Below are positions 14,303 through 28,126 of a DNA stretch of 64,000 nt, piece by piece; positions within the stretch are counted from its first letter, which is position 1; every line of letters begins with the position of its first letter. This DNA is from Lingula anatina. Taxonomy: Eukaryota > Animalia > Brachiopoda. The stretch lies in contig CM120645.1 of assembly GCA_051362555.1 (NCBI GenBank), forward strand, positions 372,001 to 436,000, written 5' to 3'. The notes beneath the pieces were generated by a model, which saw only the letters and a program-made list of their open reading frames with translations, was not told the DNA's origin and searched no databases. A program made the translations under genes and the position numbers.

Positions 14303-14668
14303 CGTGTGTGTGTGTATGTGTGCGTGTGTGTGTGTGTGTGTGTATGTGTGTATGTGTGTGTGTGTATATGTGTATGTGTGTGCGTGTGTGTGTGTGTGTA
14401 TGTATGTGTGTATATATATGTGTGTATGTGTGTGTGTATATGTATATGTGTGTGTGTGTGTGTGTATGTGTGTATGTGTGTGCGTGTGTGTGTGTGTGTG
14501 TGTATGTGTGTGTATATATATGTGTGTATGTGTGTGTGTGTATATGTGTATGTGTGTGTGTGTGTGTATGTGTGTGTGTGTGTGTGTGTATGTGTGTGTA
14601 TGTGTGTGTGTGTGTGTGTGTGTATGTGTGTGTATATGTGTGTATGTGTGTGTGTATATGTGTGTATG

Positions 14669-14706
<38 letters not shown>

Positions 14707-14708
14707 TG

Positions 14709-14753
<45 letters not shown>

Positions 14754-14778
14754 GTGCGTGTGTGTGTGTGTGTGTGTA

Positions 14779-14821
<43 letters not shown>

Positions 14822-14842
14822 GTGTATGTGTGTGTGTGTGTG
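14160..14842. repeat. ~680-bp interrupted (TG)n microsatellite
   Basis: TG dinucleotides with TA/CG interruptions; the overlapping ORFs are repeat artefacts. Confidence 0.98.
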
Positions 14843-16095
14843 AAATTAAATCTGGAATTTGACAAAACTGCCGAGTATCGTCACGTCAAATATCCACGAT
14901 TCAAGGGACAATTACCTGAACCAATATGTCATACTCATATTTATATATTCAAACCCTGAAACCTATTTTGGTTAAAGAGCACAATAGTTTACAAGATTAT
15001 ACAGTCCTTATTTGAACTTTAAAGATAAATCCTATCAATTTATCGCCAGGACTAGCGTTATTTCCAGCCACATTGATTTAACGCTGCATAACCAATTGAG
15101 CACGTCTCGGCAATACCGTGTGTAGTGGTTTAATAAGGCGCGTCGCTTCTCTACAGAAAACATTTAATATAAGGAATAATAAATAAATGACATATTGACG
15201 GCAGGAAATTATGAAAAACATATTTGATTTTTGCTTCTCTTAAATCTGCCTATCGTGTCTTTAAAAAGAAGTTGCGTATGTCCCGCAGGCCTATTACATC
15301 ATTCTGAGATAAAATGTTGTTCCTCTAAGACTGTTATTCCGGTGCAAAGTAAAAATGCAACGCATATAAACCATTTCAACAAAATTAAGATTTGTGTGGG
15401 ATTTTCTCAAGTTTGAAAATGTTAAAAAGAAGAAGATAACTCATTTCCAATCTGCAGCTCCAACCAGGACCAGGTGAACTGTACTTTTAAATAGAAAATA
15501 AAAAATAAGGAAATATCCTAGCCAACATGCCATGAGATGTTCTGGACGTAACAGTGGATTTTCGTGGAGTATATACTGTATAATATGACCGTTTTGTTAG
15601 ATAGCCGTATTACGACAACGAAAGTGGACCTGATGTATAAAAGAAAATTTCCGAAGACTGTCTTTTCTGATCAAATATCTACTGACTTGATGTTTTTCTA
15701 TTTATTTGCTGTTAACATATTAATGTTGAAATCGATATCGACAAACGGAAATGTTTTCCACGGCGTCAACTTCACGACCTAAATGAGCCTAAGTGTGATG
15801 AAAGCTGCGCTCTTCCCTTAATCCCGTTGTCATGCAAAAGTGACAGCTTGGAGATCAGAAACACTCTCATCTAACTCACTTTGAAGGTTTTGACATATAT
15901 CTAATGGAGTTTTCTTGCAAACAATATCTCACTAAGTCCCATGCTATATCTGACAGAAGTAATTTCGATATCAGAAAGGGATGCGTATCTCTCTGTACTC
16001 TGCCTGTTTTCTAGGGTCATGTCGTCACTCTTTGAAAAGGGTCGGAAGATCATTGATCGGGTTCAACTATGCAAATGACCATCATCAAAGTCTAT

Positions 16096-16320
16096 GACCC
16101 CATTTCCATAGATTTTAGATCGATCTATCCCTGTGGGGAGTCTAACATGATTACTGTCAGCTTAGCCGGCTTAAGCGTCTGTCCCGCCTACTGAAAGCTG
16201 TAAGGGGGTAATTAACTATGGTGCCCGCTCGGCTGACTGCAATTTAGCGTGAACCCCCAGGGAGTTAGGTCCATCTAAATCTTAATCTCTGGATCGATCT
16301 AAATCTCTGGGAATACACCC
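16096..16320. mobile_element. MITE family A copy 1 (PIF/Harbinger-like)
   Basis: Imperfect TIRs CCATAGATTTTAGATCGATC / GATCGATCTAAATCTCTGG; flanked by TAT on both sides; internally homologous to 21914-22117. Confidence 0.7.
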
Positions 16321-18231
16321 TATAACTCCACTAACAGGATTCTGGTTGATGGTCCTTATCAGGCAAAATAATAACTCTGGGGCAAACACTGCATGGCTGA
16401 GATTTCAAGAAAGAAATTTAGTCGGAAATTAATCTAACTTAAAGACCGAAATAATTTTGTCGACTTTGATATAAGATGAAAAGGAGGTGTTCCACCTAAA
16501 TGAACAAAATTGAGTCTGGTTTATAAATAGTACGAAATAACGAATGTTTAAAATCGACATTTATTTTATTTGTAAATCTTTATTCTGAACTGACTTAAGG
16601 TTCTCTTCTGTGTTAAATGAACATGTATTATTGTATGTATTCAGTGCAACATTGTGTATATATGAGCAATATAGCGGAATGTGCCAAAACATATTTTAAA
16701 AACTAGTTTAAAAACTTTCTGAAGTGACTTGCTTCACTATACGGTATTCAGAAGCCAGCGAAATGGCGCGTATGACGTCACCATTAACGGAATATAGCGT
16801 CGTTATCTGAAACTGTGCCCCATATTGAAAACATTCGTTTTTTTTTTAATATCGTACCACCTTCCTTATACAATTGAACATTATACATGTAGTTAAGGGC
16901 ATCGATACATGCATGACTAATTAACGGAAAGCGTACCATTCGGTGGTCAGTTACAAATGTATAAAACAAGGTGAAAGTAATTAATTAAGTAAAACGTCAC
17001 CTCAACAAGCAGTAGGGTCCGGTTTTTTTATTTTTTAAAGATTTAATTTAATTAAAATTACACTGGAGCTTATGTCTTTTCCACATCACACTCAATAAAT
17101 AACTTCAAATGCCCAGATCCAAAAAGTATTCCTTAATCTCCATTTATTTATACTTTTCCCATGGCAAACAACGAAAAAATTGTATGTGCACGATGTGCGA
17201 ATATTTTTTTAAATCACATTCCCAGTCACTGCCAAGTGAGGAAAATGCCATAAACATAAGCGACGAAAGTTAAAGCGGTATATTTTTTTTTCATAAAGCA
17301 AGCCCAGGAAGACAGGATACATTCTTGTTTTGTTGTTTCACATAACAATTAACCCACAGCCTAAATGTTATTTGAATGGCCCTTGAATCAGACGGACAAT
17401 TCAGGGGGTAAAAGAAATATAGGCATTTAATTAAGAACCTCAGTCAAGCTGAACGCACTATTAGGAGCTGACAAAACTTACTGAATTGAATGAATACTGG
17501 TAAGTTTGCTCTAGGCATGTATATCAAGTCAACCATGTACGAAACCAAAACCGTAAATCAATGAAAAACACACACTGAATACTCTGTTGACTTATTAAAT
17601 AGCACCATCCATTCTTGACCTAATGTTGAAGCTTTTAACACATTACGTAACACATACAGGGATGTTTGCTATACTCAACACATGGGTGTGAAATAAGTGA
17701 GCCCTGGTGGCGGGGGTGGTCCAAGAGGGTTCGGCAGTTGAGCTGGAATTAACAACAAAAAGATTTTAAAATACTGTCAATGCCCTGCTTGAGGGTTGTA
17801 GAGTGCGGTTTTGTTCATTTTAAATAATAGAAAGTCACGTCTACAGAGAGTCCAGCGAAGTATTCATACACACGTGACTACCACTGCATATGGTGTGGAC
17901 AGGTAACTGTGTGTGCTAGGTCTACTGACTAGGCCTTCAGATATCTTCAGCATTCACGGCAAAATCATTGCAATCTCAACAAACACATTCCTACAGCTCC
18001 AGATACATATCTACCCGCACTTTCGACTGCAATGCTCTTTGTATGTTGAACAACCTTCTGACATTAATGTTAAAACCCCCATCTGTGACCCAGCCGTCCT
18101 TTTTTTAGTTAGAAATTCCTCAAAAGTTCTTTTCTGATAATATTGTCTGTTTTAGAGTAAATTTCTCTCCGTCAACTAGAAATAAATGTTTTCTTCCTAT
18201 GTTTTCACCGGATTTGTGATTGAAATCTGTG

Positions 18232-18620
18232 CTAGGAACTGTCGCTGCCGGGTCAGATGGTAAACCAGAACTTTGGCATGGACGCCAGTGAACAATTGGG
18301 CTATGATACTGTTCTTAGATGAAAGCAGGTTTTGTGCTGTCAGAAGTAATGGGCCCATAAAACGGGTAAGAAGAATATGTATCTGCTCAATTGTCTGCCT
18401 CTGGTCGACGGGATGCTTCCCACATAAGTCATAGTATGGGGTGTATTGGCTACTGTGATGTAGACGAACTATTAACTATAGTGGTCAACAGAAACCTTTA
18501 CAAAGAGCCATGAATGCATCAAAGTGCTGCACAGGAACTTGAGGAATTATGTCGACATTATTTTTGGGGACCATGATCAACTATTTATGTTTTAGAATGT
18601 TTAGCTACTCCACTAACAGC
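18232..18620 (+). pseudogene. Degraded Tc1-family transposase fragment
   Basis: Reads W..ILFLDESRFC (Tc1 W..VLFSDES.F motif), then frameshifted VWG/CIG and IKVL..NL segments, with stops and frameshifts. Confidence 0.7.
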
Positions 18621-21226
18621 CAATGCAGAATGCCTTTCATCTACGCCACCCTCATTCTTCACGTTATTGTTCTGTTAACACACCCTTTGCCCGTATTGGC
18701 AAAATAAGGGCCTTTTTCCAAAGTTAAATCTGAATTATTTAAAAGGAAACACATTGATAAAATGTACACACAAAGGGACGCCTTTGGCATAATTAACTTT
18801 CTCTGCCCACTTTAGAGCCACGCACCTTTTACATTAGCTAAATAGAAAATTTTGAAGTAATTAACTCAACTAAGCGGGGAAATTTGACGGCTAAGATTAA
18901 GTCAGCATGTTTGTTTTGTTCTTAAACAAAGCAGATAGTTTTTCCAAAATGAAATCTGAATTATTAAATGCGATACAAAGAGATATTCATGCGTAGGACT
19001 TTTCTCATTCCATTAAGGATTACATTTCTAAAATTTAATAAATAAACAAATTGATGAAGTGTACACACAAAGGGACGCCTTTTACATTCTATTCTGTACC
19101 CGCTTATATGCATTAGCAAGTTTTAACTTATTAACTTTGCCAAGTGAGGTGGGACTGGCAGTTAAGATGAAGTCAGCGATTTTGCTTTGTTTTCAAACAA
19201 AGCAGATAGTTTTTCCAAAATGAAATCTGAATTATTAAATACGATACAAAAAAGATACACCAGACAGAGAAATAACTGCTTTGTTCCATGTACAGAATTT
19301 GGAAGGAAGCCTAAAGACTCGGTCACGCAATAGGTTCAGAAAACCTCAGCAGTTCAGATGCAAATAGATACGATGCATAAGACTCTTTTCATTCCACTCA
19401 GAACAAAAACATGAAGTCACAAATGGAGTCTCGGCTTGGACACATCAATCTGATAATAATACCTGTAAGAACTGATGACGAGTCACAATACATGTAGTTT
19501 CGTTTGAAGTTTTAACTTCTATTTTAAAACAGAAATCATTTTATTGCATATCGAAAAATAACCTCCAAGTTCTCATTTAAATAATTCTCTTTATGATGCA
19601 TAAAGTTAATCTTTTAAATTTTCTTGGTTTTATATCTTCAGAACTGATTTAGATAACATATAGTAGCCATTGAAATTTAATAGGAAATTAAATACGGTGA
19701 ATGCAAATGGAAACCAGAATAACACGTTTGACTCATTTATATTAGAAATCAAACAAGCACTGCATCATAATTTTTGTAACTAATTCAAGCATGTGTAAAT
19801 TTTCGTTTTTGAAATAATTAATTTCAGTCCAAAGAAACAAATTGATGAACTGTACACATAAAGGGACACCATTGACATCCTTTTCTGTACCCGCCTATAT
19901 GCATTAGCAAGCTTTAACTTATTAACTTTGCCAAGCGAGGAGGAAATGGCAGTTAAGATCAAGGCAGCGGCTTTTTCCAAAATTAAATCTGAATTATTAA
20001 ATACGATACAAATAGATTTTCATACGTAGGACTTTTTTCATTCCACTCAGAACAAAAACATGAAGTCACAAATGGAGTCTCGGCTTGGACACATCAATCT
20101 GATAATAATACCTATAAGAACTGATGACAAGTCACAATACATGAAGTTTCGTTTGGAGTTTTAACTTCTATTTAAAAATAGAAATCATTGTATTGCATAT
20201 CGAAAAATAACCACCATGTTCTTATTTAAATAACTCTCTTTAAGATGCATAAAGTTATTATTTTAAATTGTCATGGTTTTATATCTCCAAAACTGATTTA
20301 GATAACATATAGTTTTTCCAAAAATTAAATCTGAATTATTAAATGTGATACAAAGAGATATTCATGCGGAGGACTTTTCTCATTCCACTAAGAATTACAT
20401 TTCTAAAATTAAATCTGAATCGTTAAAAAAGAAACAAATTGATGAACTGTACAAACAAAGGGACGCCTTTGACATTCTTTTCTGTACCCGCCTATATGCA
20501 GCAAGTTTTAACTAATTAATTCAACCAAGCAAGGACATAATGGCAGCTAAGATTTAGTCAGCGATTTTGCTTTGTTCTCAAACAAAGCAGATAGTTTTTC
20601 CAAAATGAAATCTGAATTATTAAATACGATACAAAAAAGATACACCAGACAGAGAAATAACTGCTTTGTTCCATGTTCAGAATTTGGAAGGAAGCCTAAA
20701 GACTCGGTCACGCAATATGTTCAGAAAACCTCAGCAGTACAGATGGTATGTAAATTTATCCATAATATAATCGAGCAGTTGCTTGTATAGGACACTTTTT
20801 TCATTCCACTGAGAACAAAAACATGAAGACGCTTATGGAGTCTCGGCTTGGACACATCAATCTGGTAATAACACCTATAAGAACTGATGACGATCTGCTC
20901 ACAGTTCATGTAGTTTCGCTAAAAGTTAAATAGAACCATTTTATTGCATATCGAAAATTAATCTCCAAACTCCCATTTAAATAACTCTCTTTATGATACA
21001 TAAGCTTAATTATCTTAAATTTCAAGATATTGTATCTTCAAAACTGATTAAGATAACATATAGTAGCCATTGAACTTTAATAGGAAATCAGATACGGTGA
21101 ATGCAAATGGAAACCAGAATTACACCTTGGACCCATAAATATTTGTAAAAAAAGAACCAAACTGCCACCATTTCCCAGCAGCATTACTATTTGTTAATCT
21201 TACTGCTACCACATGCCTAAAGGTTG

Positions 21227-21261
<35 letters not shown>

Positions 21262-21382
21262 TATTTCAATAAAATAAAGATTATTCATTGTTGTGCTGTC
21301 AAGTTGTGTAGGACAGTAACACCAAATACTTGGGAATATCTAGAATTCCATAATTTTTGTGAACCATGTCTCTAAATCCCAG

Positions 21383-21624
21383 GGCCCAGTTTTATAAAGG
21401 ACGTTTAACACTACCCAGTGTTCAACTCTAGCCAGACCTAAATAGTCTGTTAGTAAACTGACCTTTAAATAACTATTAAATCCAGTTAAACACTGGGCAG
21501 TTAACTTTTTGGCTGTTTTCCGTCAGAAGACACAATTTAACCATCTTTTAGTTAATGGGTGTTAGGGGAATTTATCCACTGGTTAGGCTTATCCACTGGT
21601 TAACGTCCTTTATAAAACTGGGCC
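21383..21624. mobile_element. Harbinger-like MITE with CAG target-site duplication
   Basis: TIR GGCCCAGTTTTATAAAGGACGTT / AACGTCCTTTATAAAACTGGGCC; CAG at 21380-82 and 21625-27. Confidence 0.85.
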
Positions 21625-21913
21625 CAGATGTTTAGAAATCAAACAAACAATACGTCATAACTTTTTTTACCTAATTCAAGCATGTGTTAATTTTCGGTTT
21701 GGAAATAATAAATTGCCTAAATGCTCTATTAAATACATGAACATATGATGGTGGATGAATAATATGGGGCCTTCAACTACGTAAGGTTTACGAATACAGT
21801 GCCTGCTCTGGTTTGTGTATGGGTGACGTCAAACCATGGATTTTGGGCTAATCCAAACAAAATTCTGAATTATTATAAAGGAAACATTTTAATTCCCACC
21901 ATGAATCAAGTAA

Positions 21914-22117
21914 GGCTCTATTCCCATAGATTTTAGATCGATCTATCCCCGCGGGGAGTCTCACTAGATTACTTTCAGATAATCCGACTTAAATGTCCGT
22001 CCCGCCTACTACAAGCTGTAAGGGGATAATTAACTTTCGTGTCCGCCCGGCTGACAGCTATTTAGCGTGAGTTAGGTCGATCTAAAGTAGGTCGATCTAA
22101 TCTATGGAAATGGGGTG
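21914..22117. mobile_element. MITE family A copy 2
   Basis: Homologous to 16096-16320; TAA on both flanks (21911-13, 22118-20). Confidence 0.75.
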
Positions 22118-24895
22118 TAAGGCAGAATGACTTTCATCTCCACCACTATATTTCTTCAAGTAATTATTCTGAAAAACACATCCTTTGCTCTTATAAGCAA
22201 ATCAATTACCTTTTCCAAAATGAAATCTGAATTATTAAAAAGAAACAAATTGATGAAATGTACACATAAAGGGACGCCGTTGACATCCTTTTCTGTACCC
22301 GCCTATATGCATTAGCAAGTTTAAACTTATTAACACAAGTCAGATTGAATAAAATTGATTGTCATTCTTTCTTTGTATTTATTTACTTATTGTTTACTTT
22401 TACCATCCGTATTAAGTAGTTTTCTTAACATGTAAAAAAATAACGAACCTTTATTTCCTTTTATTTATTCAAAAATACATTCAAAACTAATGATTAAGTC
22501 TCAAGTGATCTATTGTGGACAATAACAACGATCATTCTGAAAGGACTCGGAATTTCAAAGCGGTCCCTCCATTTTAAAACTGGCAGTCCGGGGTCCCTAC
22601 GTTTCAAAATGCAGTGTCCCCCGGACAGTAGGATTCGGTACTAAGTGTCTTGCGGACTGTCAGTTTTAAAACATAGCGTCTGCCGGACCGTGAAAGGACA
22701 GGACTCCCCGTTTCGTTACACCGGACTGTGACGGTAAATACATCTGAAGATAAAGAATTCTATGGCTCTAAATCACTGCTGTTTATATTATTTTTCAATG
22801 AAAGGAAAACAAAAGGGAATACATAAAAATTAAAAGTGTCTGTGCTTCAACCCGTTTGTTATAAAATATTGATTTACTCACATCAACCGAATTATATTTG
22901 GCGAAAAGCATGCGTACGTAGGTTGTTTATTAACAACAACTTACGCCCTATAAAAGATATCACACTCAAAGCAACTTTACAGTTGTTCTTGACAGAAAGG
23001 TTAGAAGCATAGCAGTTTCTGGGAGGACCAAATTGCCACCAATAGCCACATCCAGTAAGTGCTACTGTTTATCTACTTTTTTCATGGGCAGTTAGTCAGA
23101 AAGTTTTCATTTATGATAGATCCAGAAATTTGATTTACCTGTTGGCTGTTTTGTCTGAACCAGACCTATCGAAATTAAGATCCAATGAAACTATTTTCAC
23201 ATGGGCAGTTAGGGCACTGAGTTTATTGTTTAGGGTCAGGTTTTTCTCTAGTTTTGTTTTTCAAAAACGACCCTGGCAACCAGAAATTATTGTTATTGCT
23301 ATTTTTTCTACGAAAGAGTGTCGTTTTTCACATACGATTTTGGCAACCAGAAACTATTGTCATTTTATTTCCAAAAGTTCGGTTGTTGTATTTCAGAAAT
23401 GATTCTGGAAACTATAAACCAGTAGGCTCTCTACCTGGGCTGCATGTTAGTTATGTGCACTTTTTCTCCAACACGATCCTGGCTCTTTTGAAAATGTAAA
23501 AATCACTTCAAACTGCGCGCGTGCAAGAACATTGTACTTGTTCTGCAGAAGCATCTTTTTAGCGCCGATATGCATAACTCTCGCAACCGATCTTCGGTTA
23601 TCTGTCAGGTAAATGTGCCACGAGGTTAGCAACACGATGTTTTGTCACCTTGATCGGTTTATTAATATAATGTAATGAATTTGAGACGCATATCTGCATG
23701 AAAACCCCAGCTTTTAGTTTGTCGAACGCTCCGAAGTTGTCGGAGGTCACAGAATTTATTTAAAAACGGAAAGAGTTGGTTACATTTGGATTAGAAAACC
23801 ACTCGACAGAACAATTTATAGTAATTTCATCCATAATATAATCGAGCGGTCGCATAAATACGACACGTTCTAACTAAAAACAAAAAGGGGAAGTCACAGT
23901 TTGTTTTACGACCAATCATAGATATAGAAAAAGTTATCTTTATTGTATCTAAGGACAAATTCAGCAGGTTTCGTCGTAGACAATTAACGTGACTTGTGGT
24001 GGTCCAGGCCACCAGGCCATTTTGAGTGGGCACAGACGGTGACAACAGGCCGTTCCAGAGTTTCAGGTGCTTCTTTTTTCTTCAACGATCCACCTACCAT
24101 GACTAAAGAACTCTAGGTTGAAAATGGAGCTGATATTATGAAATCCCAGGCACATTCCTTCAGATTCAATGAATAAATGCAATTTTTTGCGTAGGCGGTT
24201 CTAGTTATTTTGATATAGGTCTAAAACTTTTTCTAAGAAAATCTATTAAGAGTTTCATGGAATAAAAAGCTGTTGACAAAAGATTTTTTATTGCTATGCA
24301 ACATGTAGGTATGTCTTGGTTTGTAATATTATTCACGTTCCTGCCGCGCCTCCCCCCCCCCCCCCCCCCCCTTTACCGGCATCCAGAATGTGGTAATAGA
24401 CCCCCAAATGGAAGAAATAAGTAAATCGATATACAAATGGACACTAAGTTATATATTAAAAAAATAGACAACAATGACCATTTTAAGATTCGATTAATAA
24501 ACAATGACTAAAACGAGACATTGGTATTAAAATTTGTCATTTGCACGTAGGTTCTGGTAATAACAGTTTGCTCAAATCCTCAGTCCAATTATCACTATAT
24601 ACACTGCTTACTATGGGTTTCCCGCTTAGTGCTTAGATAAATGGTTAACATTCCTGCCTCTGGATATAAAGATTACATAAAAAAGTGGTTTGAACACATG
24701 ATGGTCTAAGATTTTCCCATGTGCAATTAATGCACTTTACCATGAGGTGGTCGATGAATAATATTGTCGTGTTCAGCTTCTGTGCTCTATCCTTGATGTA
24801 TATATTATAAATTGTCTGCTCCGACATTAGTTTTATTCTTAATTTTAGAAAGACATTGGACCACATCTTGCTCCCTTGCCTGTTTGCCGTACGCC

Positions 24896-26170
24896 ATGAA
24901 GATTTACTCCATTGGTCTTATTTTGACTATCGCCATGGTAGTCAACAGGGTGGTTTCTCAGAGTAAGTTACCAGTTTTTCATAAATTAAAAGTTATTCTT
25001 GAAACGCCAAATAAAAAAACGGTATGCTAAAATAAAGAAATACACCTACTGTGTTAATTGCTATATATATATACGCTACGATTGTTCACTCATGTCGACG
25101 TGTTCTGAGTTTAGGTTACAGTATTGTGTCTCCTCAAGAGACTATCGCCATGGTGGTTTCTCAGAGAAAGTTACCAGTTTCTCAGAAATTGAAAGTTATT
25201 CTTGTAACACCAAACAAGTTAACGGTATGCTAAAATAAAGAAATACTGTGTTAATCGTTATATATACGCTTCGATTGTTTGACGGACGTGGTCAACTCAT
25301 ATCGACGTATTCTGAGTTTTGCTTGTACGTTGTATCTCCACAGATTTTGTAAATTTGGGTTGCTGGGGTGACAAGCCATACCGGGCAGTTCCTAGTTTAG
25401 AAGGTCAAGATCCCACCCTTGACGGGCTTTACTGGAAAAGAGAAAACCCAATCGAGAAATGCTACCAAGCTGCAAAGAGACGCGGGTACCAGTATTTTGC
25501 CATACAGCACGGTGGATGGTGTGCCTCTTCCTGTGACGCTGGGCAGACATATAAGAAATACGGAGCTTCTACCAGATGTCAGTCAGATGGAGAAGGTGGA
25601 CCATGGGCTAATCAAGTTTACCAAATACCAGACGGTAGGTGTTTCGGCGCTTTTCTCATAGAATATTTAGAGAAAACTTTTGGATGGATATTGTCAATTG
25701 AAGCCAACAGTGTGCATTAATGAAAAGAGTAATAGTATCCAAGTTGATATTTGTATAATTTTTGAAATTGCAAACAGTAATTATACTTCTTATCTGTCGC
25801 ATTTTTCTAATGTGCAATCGATTGCGTGACATTCTACGTGTTTGCGTTTAACTTCCATGTTTTTTACCATAACTGATGACCAAATTGTCTTTATGCCTTT
25901 TCGTGATGAAATGCGCATGTGCGATTTCACTCATAAGGTTGTATAAATGTGTGAGTGTTAAAAGCAATACGGTTTTCGTCCTAACTATGCATGATAGAAA
26001 CAAGTGCGATACATTTTATCATGTGAATAACATGATATTTAGCCTCCTCAGAGACTATCGCCATGGTGGTTTCTCAGAGTAAGTTATCAGTTTCTCAGAA
26101 ATTGAAAGTTATTCTTGTAACACCAAACAAGTTAACGGTATGCTAGAATAAAGAAATACTGTGTTAATCG

Positions 26171-26234
<64 letters not shown>

Positions 26235-28126
26235 GCTTCGATTGTTTGACGGACGTGGTCAACTCATATCGACGTATTCTGAGTTTGGCTTGTACGTTGT
26301 ATCTCCACAGATTATGTAAATTTGGGTTGCTGGGGTGACAAGCCAAACCGGGCAGTTCCTACTTTAGAAGGTAAAGATCCCATCCTTGACGGGCCTTACT
26401 GGAAAAGAGAAAACCCAATCGAGAAATGCTACCAAGCTGCAAAGAAACGCGGGTACCAGTATTTCGCCATACAGCACGGTGGATGGTGTGCCTCTTCCAG
26501 TGACGCTGGGCAGACATATAAGAAATATGGGGCTTCTATCAGATGTCAGTCAGATGGAGAAGGTGGACCATGGGCTAATCAAGTTTACAAGATATCGGAC
26601 GGTAGGTGTTTCGGCACATTAAGCATAGAGAAAAAATCTTTTGGGTAGATATTGGTGCTGAAAACCAACAGTTCGTACCGATTTAAAGAAACCACATGTC
26701 CTTTTTATTATGAAATTGAAAATAGAAAACCCCCATTAAACACGTTTGGAAATAGAATACATGTTCAAGATGCATATTGTGAAGTCAATATTTTGCCACA
26801 AAATCCAATCAAATGCCAGCATACAGTTTCAAGTAGTATAACTAAGAGAATTACCAAAAGGCATTGTTTAATTTTACCCCAAAAATGATAATTGAATGGA
26901 TTTTTCTGGTAGCATTCTATGCTGTATATCAATAGGTCAGGAAAGTAGGTCACGAAAGTAGGTTAAATTTCTGACCAAAAATTTAAAGAAAGAAGCAGTC
27001 TTAAGCTCTTTTATGACTAAAACAGTGATTTATTTAATTTATCCCTTCGCATATGAAATTTATTTGAGTCGTATAAGAAACTAGTAGAAGTGGTTTATAT
27101 ATGTTACTGGAAATCCACGCTCCACCGATTCTCGCTTCATATGTACCTTTAAAGGACATCTTTTCATAATCTGTAAAATATGCATGTATATTTACACCAA
27201 ATAGTGAACTTTTATTCTGCCTACTGTGTTTGTAGCGCATCCCACAAGCAACAAAAAGAAATACTCAGGTAAAATTATATTCATTCAGCTCGAAATACGC
27301 ATGACATAACAGCTAATAATTTAAATAAATTACGCAAAATAATGTGAAATCCTCTAATAAATCTCCTCTAATAACTCTTAATTGCAATTTCTCCAAGCAC
27401 AATGTGACAGACAACAGGTAGCTACAGAGGATGTTTAGACTTTTAGGACAGAGGTTTGTTTGCAAATGCTGAAATGAGGGGTAAATTTGCGGAATGGAGA
27501 GTAAAAATAATATGCGTTATATTAACAAGAGCTAATTATATTCAGAATAATTCTCAAGACATGGCTCACAGCGTATACCAAGAGGTTCTATTTGGGGACA
27601 TTTCTATAATTACCCTGCGGCAATTATGAAATACATCAGCATATCATCTACTAGCTAAAGCATGATTTCCAATCACTTTTTGAAAGTCATCAAGGGTTGC
27701 AAGGGCGAACGCGTTGTGTGGCCAAAGAATCATGTGAAAGCAGCTCATTTAGGTAGATTTTTTTTTTGTGTGTGTGTGTATGTGTGTGTGTGTGTGTGTG
27801 TGGTAGCACTTTCAGTTTCATAAATTGATCGGTATATTTTTCCGGAAATAGCTCAAATTTGACCGCAGGCGACATCTGACCTCATTTGTTTACAGGTTAG
27901 TCAATATGCTACAGAAATTACTTATGAACTGTCCTTCAGCTACCTAAGATACATTAATTATTGTTTTATATTATTTTATTTGCATATTATGTTTTTTTTT
28001 TTTCTTTTCCCATACCAACATTTAGATGTGTGTGTACATGTTGTTGCAATTTATCAAGTTTTATCATATGTTACACACTCACAAGATCGATTTCTCTTTT
28101 TTATTTCAGATAAGCAAGGTTCATAA
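24896..28126 (+). CDS. Secreted protein with two tandem WSC-like Cys domains, ~221 aa; exons 24896-24962, 25344-25634, 26311-26601, 28110-28126
   Basis: Exon 1 encodes signal-peptide-like MKIYSIGLILTIAMVVNRVVSQ followed by GTAAGT; two 291-nt phase 1-1 exons (GCWGD..RA..LEG...IEKCYQAA...FAIQHGGWC...GEGGPWANQVY); last exon DKQGS-stop is less certain; TATAAA upstream near 24806. Confidence 0.8.
26172..26233. repeat. (TA)n microsatellite expanded in one duplicate copy
   Basis: The paralogous position near 25259 has only a short TA run. Confidence 0.95.

Larger units (their letters stand above)
18700..22330. repeat. Mosaic local duplication built from reshuffled modules of a few hundred bp
   Basis: 19180-19360 matches 20565-20745; 19385-19660 matches 20035-20310 and 20795-21065; recurrent anchor TTTTCCAAAATGAAATCTGAATTATTAAA. 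Confidence 0.85.

Noticed and set aside
14081-14959. Long Cys/Val or His/Thr ORFs
   Set aside because: Translations of a (TG)n microsatellite
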